Below, in pieces: positions 25,970-39,280 of a DNA stretch of 64,000 nucleotides (positions within the stretch are counted from its first letter, which is position 1; every line of letters starts with the position of its first letter). The stretch lies in assembly GCA_010909165.1 (NCBI GenBank), contig MU008169.1:124001-188000 (forward strand). Direction: 5' to 3'. A program made the position numbers and the translations under genes. The DNA comes from Anthoceros angustus (Eukaryota; Plantae; Anthocerotophyta). Below the pieces are notes generated by a model. The model saw only the letters and a list, made by a program, of their open reading frames with translations. It had not been told where the DNA came from and ran no database searches.

Positions 25970-28925
25970 ATGGCGCTCAGCCTGGCAGACACCACGTCGT
26001 TGCTGGCTGTGCTCAACGCTGAGGCTTCTTCATTGGAGAGCCTCGTGATCAACTTCAACGAAACCTTTCAGCGCCATCTCCACTTCAAAATCTGCTGCTC
26101 CGTTGTGCTGCTTCTCGACGTGCGTCGCTCCTTCCCCGCTTCGGCGAAATTCTGCTGTTTTTCACTGTTTTGGTCCCATCTGCTTGACATTAAATTCATC
26201 GAGTCTGATTCTTGCAAAAGCTCCAGCTCCAGATTGTCCTGCTGGGTTTATGCAGTTCCGGAGCTGAGGGGTTTGCGGAATTGGAGAGCTGTCGGTTTTT
26301 TTGTGTGTTTTGTTTGTTTGGTCAGGCCTGGTTTTGTCGTTGTAGGCTGTGAAGTGGTCTGTGGTACTTCGGAAGAGGATCCGTTTTTTACAAGAGCTGG
26401 TTAAAGGACTCAGATTTCCGACTTCATTCAACCCTCCCGAATCGGTTGGTGGCTTCTGTGTGAGGCATCACTTGATGCTAACGTCACAGTCTCTCTGGGT
26501 GTGTTCAGGAACCGCGGGTTTTGAGGCTTCCAGCTCGCTTGGTTGCTTATTTCATCTTGTATGATCTGTATCGGGGAACCGAGCCGAGGGACAATCCCTT
26601 TAAAGAGACTCTCATCGGTGTAAGCTCCATGACAAGAGTTTTGCAGTGCAATGCCAGCCCTGTGTTAGGGATCGTCTCACCTGTCGGTTTCTCTGCAGGC
26701 GGTTGCTAATGAAGGCTATGACAAGATAGAAAGGGCGTTCGTGTTGGAGTTGCTGAACTCCTCCTCTGATGGCAAACGAGAGGTTTCTACAATTTCTCTT
26801 TCACCAACATGTGTTTCGTTTTCTAATGAAGCAGAGCAAACTTTTCTTAATTTCAGCAGGGTTGTTCTCGCACAGGGTTTGTCTTTCCTTTAGATTGGCA
26901 GTTGACATCCTTCTTCCTGTTTCTCACGTGGAAGTCCTACTTCTTTGCACTGTGAACAGCAACTTGCTAAACGGAGTGCCTCTGAATATATTTCGAGTTT
27001 CGATCCTGCTGTTCATGTAAGCTGTTGTGTTGCCCAACACTTGTTGTGGCCTACTAGCATTTGGAAAGCTCTTCCGTTGCTTTTGAGATAGGTTTCTGAA
27101 TCAGACCAGATGTCTACCAGACCTTTCCACGAAAAGAGGTGCTGACACAGCAATTTGGAAACAAGCCGGGACTGGATATTGCGTTTAGTGCCTTCAAAAA
27201 GGCGGCCATTAAGAATGTGGTTCCTGATCCAGATGTCCCTGACGGCTACGACCTTGATACACCAGAGTATGTCTTGCTGCCTTGTGCCTTTGTGTCTGGT
27301 TTATACAGGATGGTAGAAGGCATGAATGTGCAACCTGTGCTGCTTTTTGTTTGCAACAGATATGTTGGCCAGCCAGGTGGTCCCAAGCGGGTTTGTGCAG
27401 GGGATAGGGATGCCACTGCAACTGGGTTGTTGCAAGAATTCTCACTGGCGGGGCTGGAACCACCGTGGGTGCGCCTCCCTCCTCCAAGACTTCCCACTCA
27501 GGAAGAAGAGGTGCTGCCTCATTGCCAAATGGTCTTGATAATAGATCCATGCTTTTAATGGGTCGTCAGATCCAGACAGCGTTGCTGCGTTGTCGTTGGA
27601 AGGCAGCACCTTCTGAAAACCATTGTCCTGACAACAGTTGGTTTGGCTCAACATGGACAACAAGCATGAGCTGGTTTGGGACTACGGTATGTGCGCGGAC
27701 ATGAGTCGAGGTGCAGCTGTCCGCGAGCTTATTTCGCGGGCTCTTATTGGTGCTTTGCCGCCTGCCCAAACGCAGGTGTGTGTTGTAAAGGTTACAAGAC
27801 TGGCTTGTTCAAGAGAAGATGCCTCATGCCTTGAGTTCGTATTCATTTTCGGAACTTGTGTGCAGCAAGTGCTTGTTGAGCTGGAAGCAGATCCAAAGTT
27901 GGTGTATCACTGTGGCTTAACTCCAAAGAAACTCCCAGTAGGTTTCTGATGTATAGAGGTCTATCTCTGTTTGGACTGTTGTTTAAGCTTCTTGGCATCT
28001 GATGATTTCGCAAGTCTCCTCTTTAAGCACTTGGTGCACTGTGCCCCTGTACTCATGCTAGCGCTAGGTTTTTCCCTCTGGCGCCTTACTACGTACATGC
28101 TTGACATACTTGCAGGAGCTGGTGGAGAACAATCCTGCCATTGCAGTCGAGGTGCTTGTGAAGCTCATGAATTCCACACACATCACAGAGTGAGTCTCCT
28201 TCTGTCCTTAGGAGATGAAGTGGCGATGCTGTCTGTTTATGCCCCATATTGGGTGGGTGTGGGGTGGAGGGGAGAGGCAGGGGTGGACTTAAAAATGTAT
28301 GAATGTCTGAGATTGTGTTTGTCAGAGCTGTGGCCGGGCACCCACGCTGAACAATCCTCGCGGGAGCGTCATTAGACTTTTGCTGGTTACATCGGGTTTC
28401 CTTGGCAGGTATTTTAAAGTGCTAGGCAACATGGACATGAGTTTGCATTCCATGGAAGTGGTGAACCGGTTGACTACTGCCGCAGAGCTTCCCACTGAGT
28501 TTGTGCACATGTACATATCGAACTGTATATCATCATGTGAGAGCATTAAGGTAAGAACTGTCGTTACTGTCAGTCTGGTTCCTGGGTTCCTTCTCGTTTC
28601 CTGCACTGGAGTTCACTGGGCTTTGATGTATCTGGTGACCCGTGGGAAGGCGGCGCAGGATAAGTATATGCAGAACAGGCTGGTTCGGCTAGTCTGCGTC
28701 TTTCTACAGAGTCTGATAAGGAACAAGATCATCAACGGTAAGCACTCCCCCCACCTATTCTTAGACAGCGAAAGGGCACCCACTGTGTCTAGCTGGAGTT
28801 TCTGACTGTAACGTTGGTGTGTCACAGTTCAAGACCTTTTCATCGAAGTCCAAGCCTTCTGCATCGAGTTCTCCAAGATCAGGGAAGCAGCGGCCCTGTT
28901 CCGTCTCCTGAAAACCTTGGAATAG
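25970..28925 (+). CDS. CNOT11: CCR4-NOT complex subunit 11 (CNOT11), multi-exon
   Basis: C-terminal [41 protein letters not shown]|[54 protein letters not shown]. Confidence 0.93.
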
Positions 28926-30302
28926 GTTGACCAGGCTCCCTTGTAGTGTACATCAGATCAGAGCTGCAATGCTGCATCCATCCCCCGTCAGTCTCCTCGC
29001 CCGTCACTGTAGTCCAGCTTTAGGTCAAACGTACGTATGTGTCGCCACGCTGGAGCGGACGGGGCATCACCAGGTGGGCCCGTCTGGCATATCCTCTTAT
29101 CGGGTCTCGTATTTGGTGGGTCCAACAGGAGTCTGTCTAGAGTCTCGTGTCGTGCAGGAAGGTGGGAGCCGGGGTATGTAGCATACCCTCAATCCCAAAA
29201 TTGTGAACATGATACCCACTTCCATCTCCCCCCTCCGCACCGGCCACCATTATTGAAACAAGTTGGTGCTGCAGCCGTTTCAAGCGGCACTCAGTTTCAG
29301 GCAGGCAGGAAAGCCGCTGCTGGTAAGGTGCTGCTTGCCTAGGTGAAACGCGAATCGCGAATTCTGATTAGTGCCACGTAAGTGTGAGGGCAACGATGAT
29401 GGCGCTGTACTGTGAGTGGCCCAGCGCATTCGCATTCGCTCGAGCCCGCGATACTCTGCCCCCGCTGTTTATGGTTGCCACGACAAACGTGGCCGCCATT
29501 CTTAATTCGCTTGCCTCAACGGTTTCCGTTTCACCCACAACAGCGGCGCGGTACACGTGTCCAAGCCTGGGCGAGCGTCACGACCCACTTTTACCCCCGG
29601 GCCCGTAACTGCCGCTTCTTTATAGGCCCGCGCCACTCGGGGCGTGAAATCAGACTGAGCTCGGCAGGCAATTAATGCCCCAATGTCCCGGGGCCTGGAT
29701 GGCATGCCCCTGCCAGAGCCTCTGTCCCTGTCGTTCCCTTGAATCATCGGGCTGGCGCAGTGTTGCCTTTCAAGGCAGACTCACAGCAATTGGCGTCGGC
29801 AAGATTGGTCCCAAGGCGGTCTCCTTCTGCCGCTGCTGGCCTTCTTTGTTTCTTGAGCCGACTCCACGCCCCGTCCAGGTTCAGGCTTCGACCTGCAGCT
29901 GGTGCGATTGTCGATGCACCGGGGTGTTCCGAGGTGTCTATCGCCCATCTCGTGAACCTGACAGTGCGGTTTGTGGACCCGGAAGTACGCATGGCGGCAG
30001 GCAGCCTTTGAGGGGTGGGCTGTCTTGGTTTTGCGCGTCTTGGGTTTCTTTGGGAGCAAGACAGCACCATTGCTCACCCACCAATTGGCCGCCACCTCCG
30101 CCGCAGCTGCTGCGTAGCTTGGAGTGCGCCCGGTTCTTCATCTCGCCTTCAATTTCCGATTGCTTCGCCTCTTCAAGCCGCGGGCCTTAATGCGCCAGTG
30201 TCTTGGGAAACAAGAAATGTGTCTGTGCGTGCTGGGGTCGGAATCCCGGTCGGACGGAATTGATTTCTGCTTCTGAGGGTGTGTTGTTCTGAATCGGACA
30301 TT

Positions 30303-32146
30303 ATGGAGCCCTGGGACTGGCAAGATGATGCATACAAGCTTGATGCCGAGTCTCCATTGGGTATGTTGCTGTTTGGTCTCTTTGGTGGCTGATTCCTGGT
30401 GTGCAAAATGTGATTCGCTTTCTCTGGGAGCTCATTCTCTTCTCTGAATGCATCCTGCAGCTATCTCTCAGTCATTTCTGCAAGACTTATCTCAAGCCGA
30501 AGCCCAGTCCAAGTCTCTGTTTGGGTGCACTCCGGGGCCGGAGAGGGTGCAGTCGTGGTCTTATGAACTTTCCAGCAGTGGAGGTGAGTGGATGACATGC
30601 GAGATGCTGCAGCGCAGTTTTTTGTGGTGTTCGGATGCAAGTGTAAGTATCAGTGTGATCAGGAGTTGCTGATTAAGTATCCTGTTCGGAGGTGTAGGTC
30701 ATGAAGAAGGTGCATCCAGTCCTCCCCGAAGCCGGTTCAAGAGGCGACGCATGCTGAGCTTCTGTAGCACCTCAGAGTCTGACGTGCTGTGTGAAGCACA
30801 GCGTGAACCCGGGAATGGAGAATTTGGGGTACCTTACTGCTTTTATCTGGTGGCATGTTGGAGACCAAGCCTCATGATGACCCTATGCTCATTAGAGTGT
30901 CTACCTCTGTCAGGTGTCCGATGAGCACGAAGCCTCTGCCTCTGCTTCTCCGTGGTACCTAAGATCAGGTAACGAGAGCCAGTTGGTAGACGAGAGCTGT
31001 CTGTAGTTCTGTCACAGTGCATGTAGCAGCAGTGGGCAACTGATGAGTGAGGTACATGTTAACCTGGCCAGGAGATGCAGATGAGCCGTGCTCCAGTGTG
31101 GATCAGTCTGACAAATGGGTGGACAGGTGCTTCGGAAACCGAGAACCGAGGGACCCCTGCGACCAAACCCGTAACCTCTTTGACGACCACGAGTCCCAGG
31201 CCGAGGACAATCGTGATGCCATTCAGCTTCTGTACCACAACTCGGAAGGCGAGCACGCGGATGTGGACCATCCCCGTGAAGGCTTTGGTGACCAGGGCAG
31301 CAGTCATGAGCAAACGCAGGAGTCCTCGTACGGGCGGGAGCTCCTGGAGCATGATCAGGAGCATGAGCTGTCCCGCAGCTCCATTACTCAAGCCCAGGAG
31401 CCGTCTCAGGGCTCGCAGGAGCAGGTTCTCGAGTCCCGTGAAGCCGTGCTGTGTGAGGAGAGCAGAGACTGGCGTGACCAGGTCACCGCAGACTGCTATG
31501 GCATCAAGTGAGCTCCAGTACTAGTACTCGTGTGTGTTGCTATGCTGCGGGTGACGCCTGACTAGGACGATGCTGATCAGCTCAGTTTGGTTGCATTGCA
31601 TGCTCATGGTGGTGCAGGAAAGGCTTCCCTGTTGGCAGACCCAGACCTCTAATCTCCGGCCATCTCCCCCCCCTCGACTCCGAATGTGACCTGTTTCTGG
31701 GCCCTCTCACTCCCCTGTCATCACGACCCTCCACACCTGGTATCTCTCGTTTCTCCCCACACACCCACTCACACACACAAGAGCAAGCATCGAATTGGAT
31801 TGACTGACAAGCATCTGAACTTGGCATTCTGGCAGTTGCAGGGAGGAAGGGGCTGGCCCTGGCGCGCACCAGATCCAGCCTTGCTCCGTCTTCGGTGGCT
31901 TACCCGTTCGCCCTGCTCAAGCCCTGCGGAGCCCAAGGAGACGTCACCCTCCACGACATCAACCGCCGAATCTCCGGGCCCCCCAGCTCGAGATCTAGCA
32001 AGCCCGAGGAAGCCCCGCATCCGCACCCGGTTTCTCCCCCCGACCACCACCAGCCTGCCTCTGGATCTGGGCGGTCCGTGCTTGCTCTCACCACGATCGT
32101 CACAGAGGGAAACGGAACCATCACGGTGATGCGGACCAGAGGATAG
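30303..32146 (+). CDS. XRI1: XRI1-like protein (X-ray induced 1 family), multi-exon
   Basis: MEPWDWQ.. start, FKRRRMLSF motif, and C-terminal VAYPFALLKPCGAQGDVTLHDINRRI..TEGNGTITVMRTRG*. Exons 31071-31507, 31618-31739 and 31836-32146 join in phase. Confidence 0.85.
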
Positions 32147-33138
32147 ACGAGCTTCAAGAGCCCACCACATCCGCCTTCAAATCTCCGCTTGCAACCGGCT
32201 GTATGTACATACATATCAACATACTATATCATATTATAGCCGAGTTTCGAGCTCTCCATCTCCTAGCCCTTGGCGGTACTGAGCGGACGCGATGTAGAGC
32301 TTGAGTGGAAGAATTCTAGGCACCCCTGTTGATGCAACGTGGTGGCCAGGAGAAGCCCTGGAGCGAGATGATGAACAGAAGAGACGACAGAGCAAATTGT
32401 TGCAAGGCTGGCGGATCACGAGCTCTTCCGGCAATAGACGAGGAGGGAAGGGCCCTGGGCCAGCCCTGTAGCGGCTGGCCGGCGGACGAATCTGCCGCCT
32501 TGACGTGATCCCAACGTGTGGGTGCGTGACGCCACACGTTAGCGCGTCGTCTCCAGTCAATCGGTCTGTCAGGCGGAGTGAGCCGGTCAACAGCACCAAG
32601 CTGTCAGCTGATCCGTTCACGCGAAGGTTCGGGCGACCCCGGTCGCCGGTCGCCGCTGATTTGCTGGTCGTGGCAGCCCCGTGAAGAGTGAAACGGAGCG
32701 GAGAGCGCTTCCACCGCCTCCTCCTTAGCCTCCGCTCGCGCTCTCGTCCTGTCCCACCTCACCGCAAGCTCTTCCCTTCTTCTCGTAGCCCGTGCCCGCC
32801 CATTTCCCATCCTTTCGAGCCTCTTCACCGCGCGCCCTCCTGCGCGTCGTCGCCCGCTCCGCCGAGTCGCGCTTTTCAGCCTCGCCTGCTGCCCGCGCCG
32901 GCGGCGCCATCTGCTTCCGCCATTGGCCAGGAGCGGAGCTCGCGGTTAGTTTGATGCGTCTGTGTCTGCAGTCGGAAGGGATTGGGATCCGGAGCGAGCG
33001 GGCACCTCGGAGCTGCCGCGGGCGGGGGCGGATCTATGTTGCTGCGGCTCGACGTGGCCTGATCTAGATCGCAGGCCAGCGGCGCGCGTTGCTCTCTCAC
33101 GGTTACCGCCGGATCTCGTCTCGAACGGAGGCTCAGCC

Positions 33139-33372
33139 ATGGGGGACCGGAGCTACAGCGTGAGATATGACTCCGCGCAGAAGGAACGGCCTTACTACCA
33201 CAAGAGCAACAGCATCAACTCGTGGGGCCTGCAGGACCCCGAGTTGAAACGCAAAAAACGCGTCGCGTCCTACAAGGTTTTCGCCGTGGAAGGCAAGGTG
33301 AAGAACTCGTTCCGGAGCAGCTTCCGGTGGATCAAGGAGAAGTACATTGAGATGAGGTATGGCTGGTGGTGA
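33139..33372 (+). CDS. Small plant protein, DUF3511 family
   Basis: WGLQDPELKRKKRVASYKVFAVEGKVKNSFRSSFRWIKEKY..YGWW* is the DUF3511 signature. Confidence 0.9.
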   Translation: MGDRSYSVRYDSAQKERPYYHKSNSINSWGLQDPELKRKKRVASYKVFAVEGKVKNSFRSSFRWIKEKYIEMRYGWW

Positions 33373-34233
33373 TCCCATCCTCCATCTGCCTCGCATCATG
33401 ATCTCAGGATCTCATCCTCCTCCCTCAATCGATTCTTTCTGTGTCAAAATGTTTGCTCTGAAACGGACGACGGCTTTCTCCTCCTCCTCCTCTGCTATGG
33501 CGTGGGTACTGATTGCACTGTCCAACGAGGTTGGACAGGGGAACGGGCAAAAGATGAGGGTATTCGCGCCACGCATTCTGTGTGTGTGTGGTGCACATCT
33601 CCCTTGTGAAAACAGGCAGTGCAGTGTCCTTGCCCTACAAGCGACACGCCAAGGCGCTTGTTCTTGCGCGGCTCCGCTTCGATGTTTGTTTGAGCGGACC
33701 CTTTGGGAAGCGGGACTGCGCTAGAGAGACGCCATTTGTCATTGTAGGGAGTTCGGATTACCATTGTATGTGATGAACTCACATTGGCAGGTTCATGTAT
33801 GCAAATCTATACATCAACCAGTCTGCTTCGTGTACCAAGAGCTGCCTCTTAAAGTGTGTTACCTTGTTGTGTTGTGTGGCCTTACGTCTCCCTCACCTCT
33901 ACAGCTAGGCTTATCGCAGGTCATACAACCACATCAATTAGGAAATCTCTCGCCTCTCATTCGCTGCCGTCCAGGTACATTCTTTGTAGCTGAAGTGCAA
34001 TCGTCGATGAAATAAGAAGAGCTTTTATCCGAATAAAATCCTGCTTCCCCACTTGTGCCGCCTCCGTCACGTAGAATTGCGGTATGCGTTGGAGAGATGT
34101 CTGCTACAACGTCATGCCGTCTTACTCTACATAACTCTTTATCAGTTTATCCCGATTTTGGCAGACAAAATCCACCCGTCCTGATTACTAGTGAGTTCAC
34201 TTGATTAATAGTGTCTGATCTATAGAATTGCTG

Positions 34234-35742
34234 TCATTCCTTATCTCTAGGCAATGTTCCTTCCCACAACAATCTGGTAAGCAGCCTGTTCAGGTTCGGT
34301 AATGTGTGTCGTGGCCCAACGGCTTCGAGCCCCACCCAATTCAACAACTGCTCCAAGTCCTGAAAACAGGCAGGAGCAAATGTCCGTTTTAGTCATGCAA
34401 CCGCGAGCATCTCAACATGGCCGTAGATGAGAAGGCGACGGAGCAAACCTTGTTCAGCAGGAAGACGGCATAGGCCGACCTGGTCAGGTCCTGGCCTTCA
34501 GAGAAGAGAGGGAATTCCACAACAGCCCTTGAGACCCCTTCAGCAGCTGGAATTGGCACGATGGGCCCTACATCAGTCCCCGAGACATCAAAAGCCGGTG
34601 AAGGGTCTTGGATATATGAGCGCGATGCCCTCAGCCGTATGGGGTAGCGCAGTTGGACATCCAGATACGCTGCCACCAGAGATACAACCTACGCAGGACA
34701 TGGATATCCGCAAGGTCACCATCCGCAAAAAGTGTGGAACTCCCCTCACCCACCTACAGACAGACAAAGCTTCTTACATGTGCAACATATCCGAGAGCTG
34801 TTGCAGAAACTTCGTAGTCGTACTTCTCATCAAACAACCCAGGTTTCTTCTTCAGAGGAGCCAGCAACTGCAGGCCTGCTATAGCCATGGATGCATTTTC
34901 TGGTACAGAAGCAGACGAAGAGGGGACTGGTCTGTCAGACGTCCAAATTTCACAGACGGGTGTCAAGGAGCACACAAAATGCAACAAGACTAGTGTCTAA
35001 GCACCTGATGACGGAGGCTGTGATTGCACAGGCAAAGCTCCAGGGCTGGCAGGTGATGTGCAAACCGCGAGAGGGTACAGTCCAGCAACCTGACTGATCA
35101 TGATCCGCCGCCTGGCATCCAGCAACACATTCAGGTGCGAAAGCCGACCACGCCCCTTCTCTCCAGCCAAGAGCGTATTGGCATCCTGCAAATTACAGAA
35201 TAACCGGTTCAGAATCAGAGCCGCCCCCACACAGAACTTGAGTCTCAAAATCTCCCATTCTGCCTGACGGGGCAACTAACCTCAACCCTGCGACGAGCAG
35301 CCTCAAGTGCTTGTTTAGCAGCAGAGAAGCTCTGCGCCGATGGCCAGAACTCCTCATTGGCCTTCAACAAGTCACGAGCAGCCTTCTGCCCAGCGCCAAC
35401 GGCCTCCTCCAGCTCCAGCCTCTTGCCCTCAAGCCGCCGTCTCAAGCCTTCCACAATATCCAGCTGCTCCAGCGCCTTGGACCGGGCCTGCACAGGCAGA
35501 ACCCACTTTCAGCAAGCAGACACAACCACAACCGCCTTCCTCCCCGTTCACACAACACAAACCCCCGTTACCTGACACGCGCTTGTAATCTCCTGCCCCA
35601 ACGCCCTCTTCCGCCGCAGCTCCTGGGCCAGGCAAATGGTGAGCCCGCAGTGCCGAGCAAGGGCATCCTGGTAACTCTCCCAATCGTACACCCTCCCATC
35701 ATCGGACCCCGACCCAGGATCCGGATGCGCTTGCGAGCTCAT
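34234..35742 (-). CDS. VPS38: VPS38/UVRAG-like subunit of PI3K complex II, multi-exon
   Basis: VYDWESYQDALAR, coiled coil, SATALGYVAH, AAYLDVQLRYPIRLRASRSYI, EFPLF..TRSAYAVFLLNK|DLEQLL..GPRHTLPNL. Confidence 0.85.
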
Positions 35743-35964
35743 CCTCCCCCAACCCGACAAATACCCACACCTAACCTCAACCCCCTCTCAGCACAGAGAT
35801 GCAGCACCATCTTCCAATCCTCCCCAGCCTGGGTTCATACCCGAAACCCACAAAAGGCAACCACAAACAGAAGCAAGCAGAATTGGAACACTCTCCCCCG
35901 CCCCTACCTACACCCCCTTCCCCTCGCTACCCACCTACGAATCGCCCAACGCCCGCAACGCGAC

Positions 35965-36475
35965 TCAGGCGTCCATGGACGGGAGGTTGAACAGCAAATT
36001 GTGGGCGGAATCCATCTCCCTTTCCCGCACCCGCTCCAAATTCATGACCCGCTTCCACGCAGCGAGGCGCTCCTTCTCCCGCTCCTTCTCCAATTTCTTG
36101 GCCCGCAGCTGGGCCTTCTCGATCTCCCGCTCCCGCTCCCGCTCCAACTTCCAGAGCTGGATGCAGGCCTCCTCGCGCTCCTTCTGCCGCTCCCGCTCCA
36201 GGCTGCGCTCGCGTTTGCCGAAGGCCTCCCGCTCCCGCTCCTGCTCGCTCTCCAGGCTGCGGAGCCGGTTCCAGGCCTCCTCCCGCAGCCGCTCCTGCCC
36301 GCTCCAGGCTCTGCTCCCGCCCCCAGGCTGCCTCCGCCTCCCGCTGCCTCTCCTGCTGCAGGCTCCGCAGCTGCTCCTCCCCACCCGAGCTCTCAGCAAC
36401 GGCGGCGCGCCCCCCGCCTGCGCTGCTGCCCACACCGTCCCTGTCCCTGTCCGAACGCCCTGCGTTTCTCCCCAT
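35965..36475 (-). CDS. Orphan E/R-rich coiled-coil protein with an apparent frameshift near 36298-36300
   Basis: MGRNAGRSDRDRD..EQLRSLQQERQREAEAAWGREQSLER continues in another frame as QERLREEAWNRLRSLESEQERERE..; the repeated (E/Q)RER pattern is continuous across the switch. Confidence 0.5.
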
Positions 36476-37279
36476 CCGCAGCTCCGCCCCAGCCGTCCCC
36501 CCAATGATGGCCCGGTGCCGGATTCAGCGGATGCGCAACTCACATACGACCCGCTCCCCCACCTTGCTCGATCTCTCTTGCTCCATCACACGCGTCCCGC
36601 TCTCTCCTCTCCTCTTTTTTAATCCGCCATCCGTGACCGCCCCAGATCCACTCACCACAGGACACGCCCAGTTAATGCTTCCCAACCACCGCTGCCTGCC
36701 CGTGCCTCGCCTTCCTTCAATGCGCTTAACCCCGGGTTGGCTGGGGGCCTGGGCCAGGGATTTCCGCCCTCTGCCACGGACTTCCACGGATGGAGACGGC
36801 ACCTCCCTGCTTCACGCTTGGCAGCAGGGCGCCATAACTCGCAGCATGGCATCTGTCTTTTCTCATCACTCCCTTCCTGGTACTGTCCTCCCCAGTACGT
36901 TTCTGCTGGCCTGCTGCTGCTGTACACAGGACAGACGATGCATGAATCTATGCTTCGACCATGTTGCCCAATACATCACCAAGTCTTGCTTTCGGTGTTG
37001 CACTTGTTCATTGAATGCATTGAAAATCAGACCCGAAGAATTCCCCCGCAAGCAAATTTTACTATGTTCTCGGATGCACAACTCTTAGGTCTACATACGT
37101 ACGGTGATGGTGCACCCGGGCCACTAGTGCGTTGGACAGTGGCCACCGAAGCTTCCAAAAGGGAAGGCAGATTATGAGTCTTTCAGTTACTCTAGTCCCT
37201 GTCGCGCAAACGAGGACTGGGCTGCTCGGCATTGTAGGGTTTGAAGCTGATCCTGGGGAGCGAATATCGGGCGGCAACC

Positions 37280-38785
37280 ATGGAGGCTTTGGAGATCATT
37301 ATGCCCACGTTGCAGGAGCGGTTTGATAAGATCACAGCTTCCGTAGCGCATTTGGATCCTAGGGTGGGGGGCCCGTGGCCCAAGTTGCAGACACTCAAGG
37401 AGTACATGCTCGTTGTGGCCGACCCACAGAAGCCGCGCTGCCAGAAGTGTGGGGTTAATCTGCTCTGGGCCCAGTCTGTTATCTGTGTTGGGTGTGGCAC
37501 CAAGACGGAGCTGGGATTGCAGAACCCGCCGGAGATCGACTTCACCCTGTCGCTTGCGTTTAAACGATACGGGGATGGGCTCTTGGCTACCGGGAGGTTG
37601 AAGGTGGGCATTTCCCTGCCTCTGGACGTGATTGGGGGTTGGGAATGTGAGTGGAGCTTCGGTGAAATGAGCTTGCGCTGGCTTCTGTGTATGTGCAGGA
37701 TGAAGGCCCTGACAAGTTGGAAGGAGGACAGTGGGTGATCGGTGATGGGCTTGATTCTCGACGTGGGTCTGCATTTGTTGGTAGTTCGGAGTCGAGGAGG
37801 GGATCAGGGTCAGGTGCTGCGCAAAGTGGTGCAGAGTCACGGCGGGGATCAGGAGCATTTGGGATCTTGGACAACACGTTTCAGAGAGGACAGCCTTCAG
37901 AGAGGACGCTTACTGGCAGGAGTTCTCTGACCGCAAGCCCACAGGTATCGGGAGGAAGGTCAGGATCGGTGACCGGCTCTGATGCCCAGTTTAGCAAGAA
38001 GAATAGCTTTCAACAAGGAGGGCAGCCAGTGCCTGTAGGTCAGGCGCCCTCATCTTCACAAGCAGTGTTGCCTAAGCGACTTTCAGGTGATGAAAGTTGA
38101 GTGATGGAGTTTGACCTCTCCTTGTAAAGTCATTACACCTCGAGCTTGTGATACGAATTATGTTCTATGTTTCTGGCAGAGCCTTTCAGTGGTTCAACAG
38201 GCCAGCTAGACTCATTCAACTCAAGGCTTTCCGATGATTTCTTTCTATCCCCGACGTCAACTTCTGGAGCTGGGTTGCCGACTGGTTTAGGGGACTTTCG
38301 TGAGGGCGATCAGTATCAGTCAGTTGCGAGCAAGACCGCTGCTGGGGTGGGAGATTTCACAGGTTTTGACAGCGGAGATTTTTTTGCGAAGCAGCCTGAC
38401 AGTAATGGGCCCCCGGCAACAAGCGGGGGTGTTGATAGGTTGGTATCTGTTAAAGATGAAAGTCCAGGAGTATCTGCATGTGTTCTGATTTAGCCTTGGA
38501 CAGGTTGCAATTGCAGTATGGGCTCACGAGGCTTGGCTGGTGTTGTCTTGGAACAGTGTGAGGGTCAAGGGTAATACGTCGACGGAGGGCAATCTTTTTA
38601 TCAACCAACTCGAGGGGCTTGATCTTTCGCAGACTACACCTGCAACTCGGCCGCCGCTTTCTAATGAGGCAAGTAGTGTTGTGGGCACTTTGTTATCAGA
38701 GATGCATGATTTGTCATTCATGCTTGCAAATCATATTGTAATTCCATCTGAAGATAAAAGGGTTGGGAGCTATGGCATAGCATAG
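37280..38785 (+). CDS. Plant protein with N-terminal CxxC-x10-CxxC zinc ribbon, low-complexity middle and C-terminal MHDLSFML motif (often annotated dentin sialophosphoprotein-related)
   Basis: PRCQKCGVNLLWAQSVICVGCG; C-terminal LLSEMHDLSFML..IVIP; GT-AG introns in phase. Confidence 0.7.
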
Positions 38786-39280
38786 TTTGTAGGAGGAGCA
38801 GTTGTGGGAGCAAGCCAAAAGGCACGCTTCAGTAATTGACGATCATTGAATAGTGGTGGGTACCCTCAGCGTGTACGGCAAACCTGGGCCAGGGGTCTGT
38901 TTGGTCAATGAAAAATATGGGGCATGCTGAGGAGGCTGGGTGGCATTGTGGGCACTTAATACTGAGAGATGCACGAGATGTGTTATTCATGCGAACAATC
39001 GTTCCGTCCGTCGGAAGGGGACTATGACCTAGGAAGCAGCTGCTGCAGATACACGACAGCCCGGCTTTTGCAACCCTCTTGACCACCACTGTTTCACTTA
39101 CCATGTACGAGATGCATCAGCACTGAGGCAATAGCTTTGATTGTGCACGTCTCTGCACACTTTTCATGGTTGGAGGAAAAGTACACACCCTAAAGCCAGA
39201 ACCAATCATTCTTGGCACAGATCCAGGATCATTGTGAAGTGAAACGATCTGACCTTCTGTAGGTTACGAAGGCATTAGTC

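Noticed and set aside
31171-31511. Acidic ORF extension in XRI1 that first looked like a retained intron or alternative terminal exon
   Set aside because: An AA|GTGAG donor at 31507 plus an exon at 31618-31739 join it in phase to the XRI1 domain, so it is ordinary coding sequence.
35311-36622. Long + strand ORFs (398 aa, 215 aa)
   Set aside because: Antisense shadows of the GC-rich VPS38 and coiled-coil coding sequence, with no recognisable domains.
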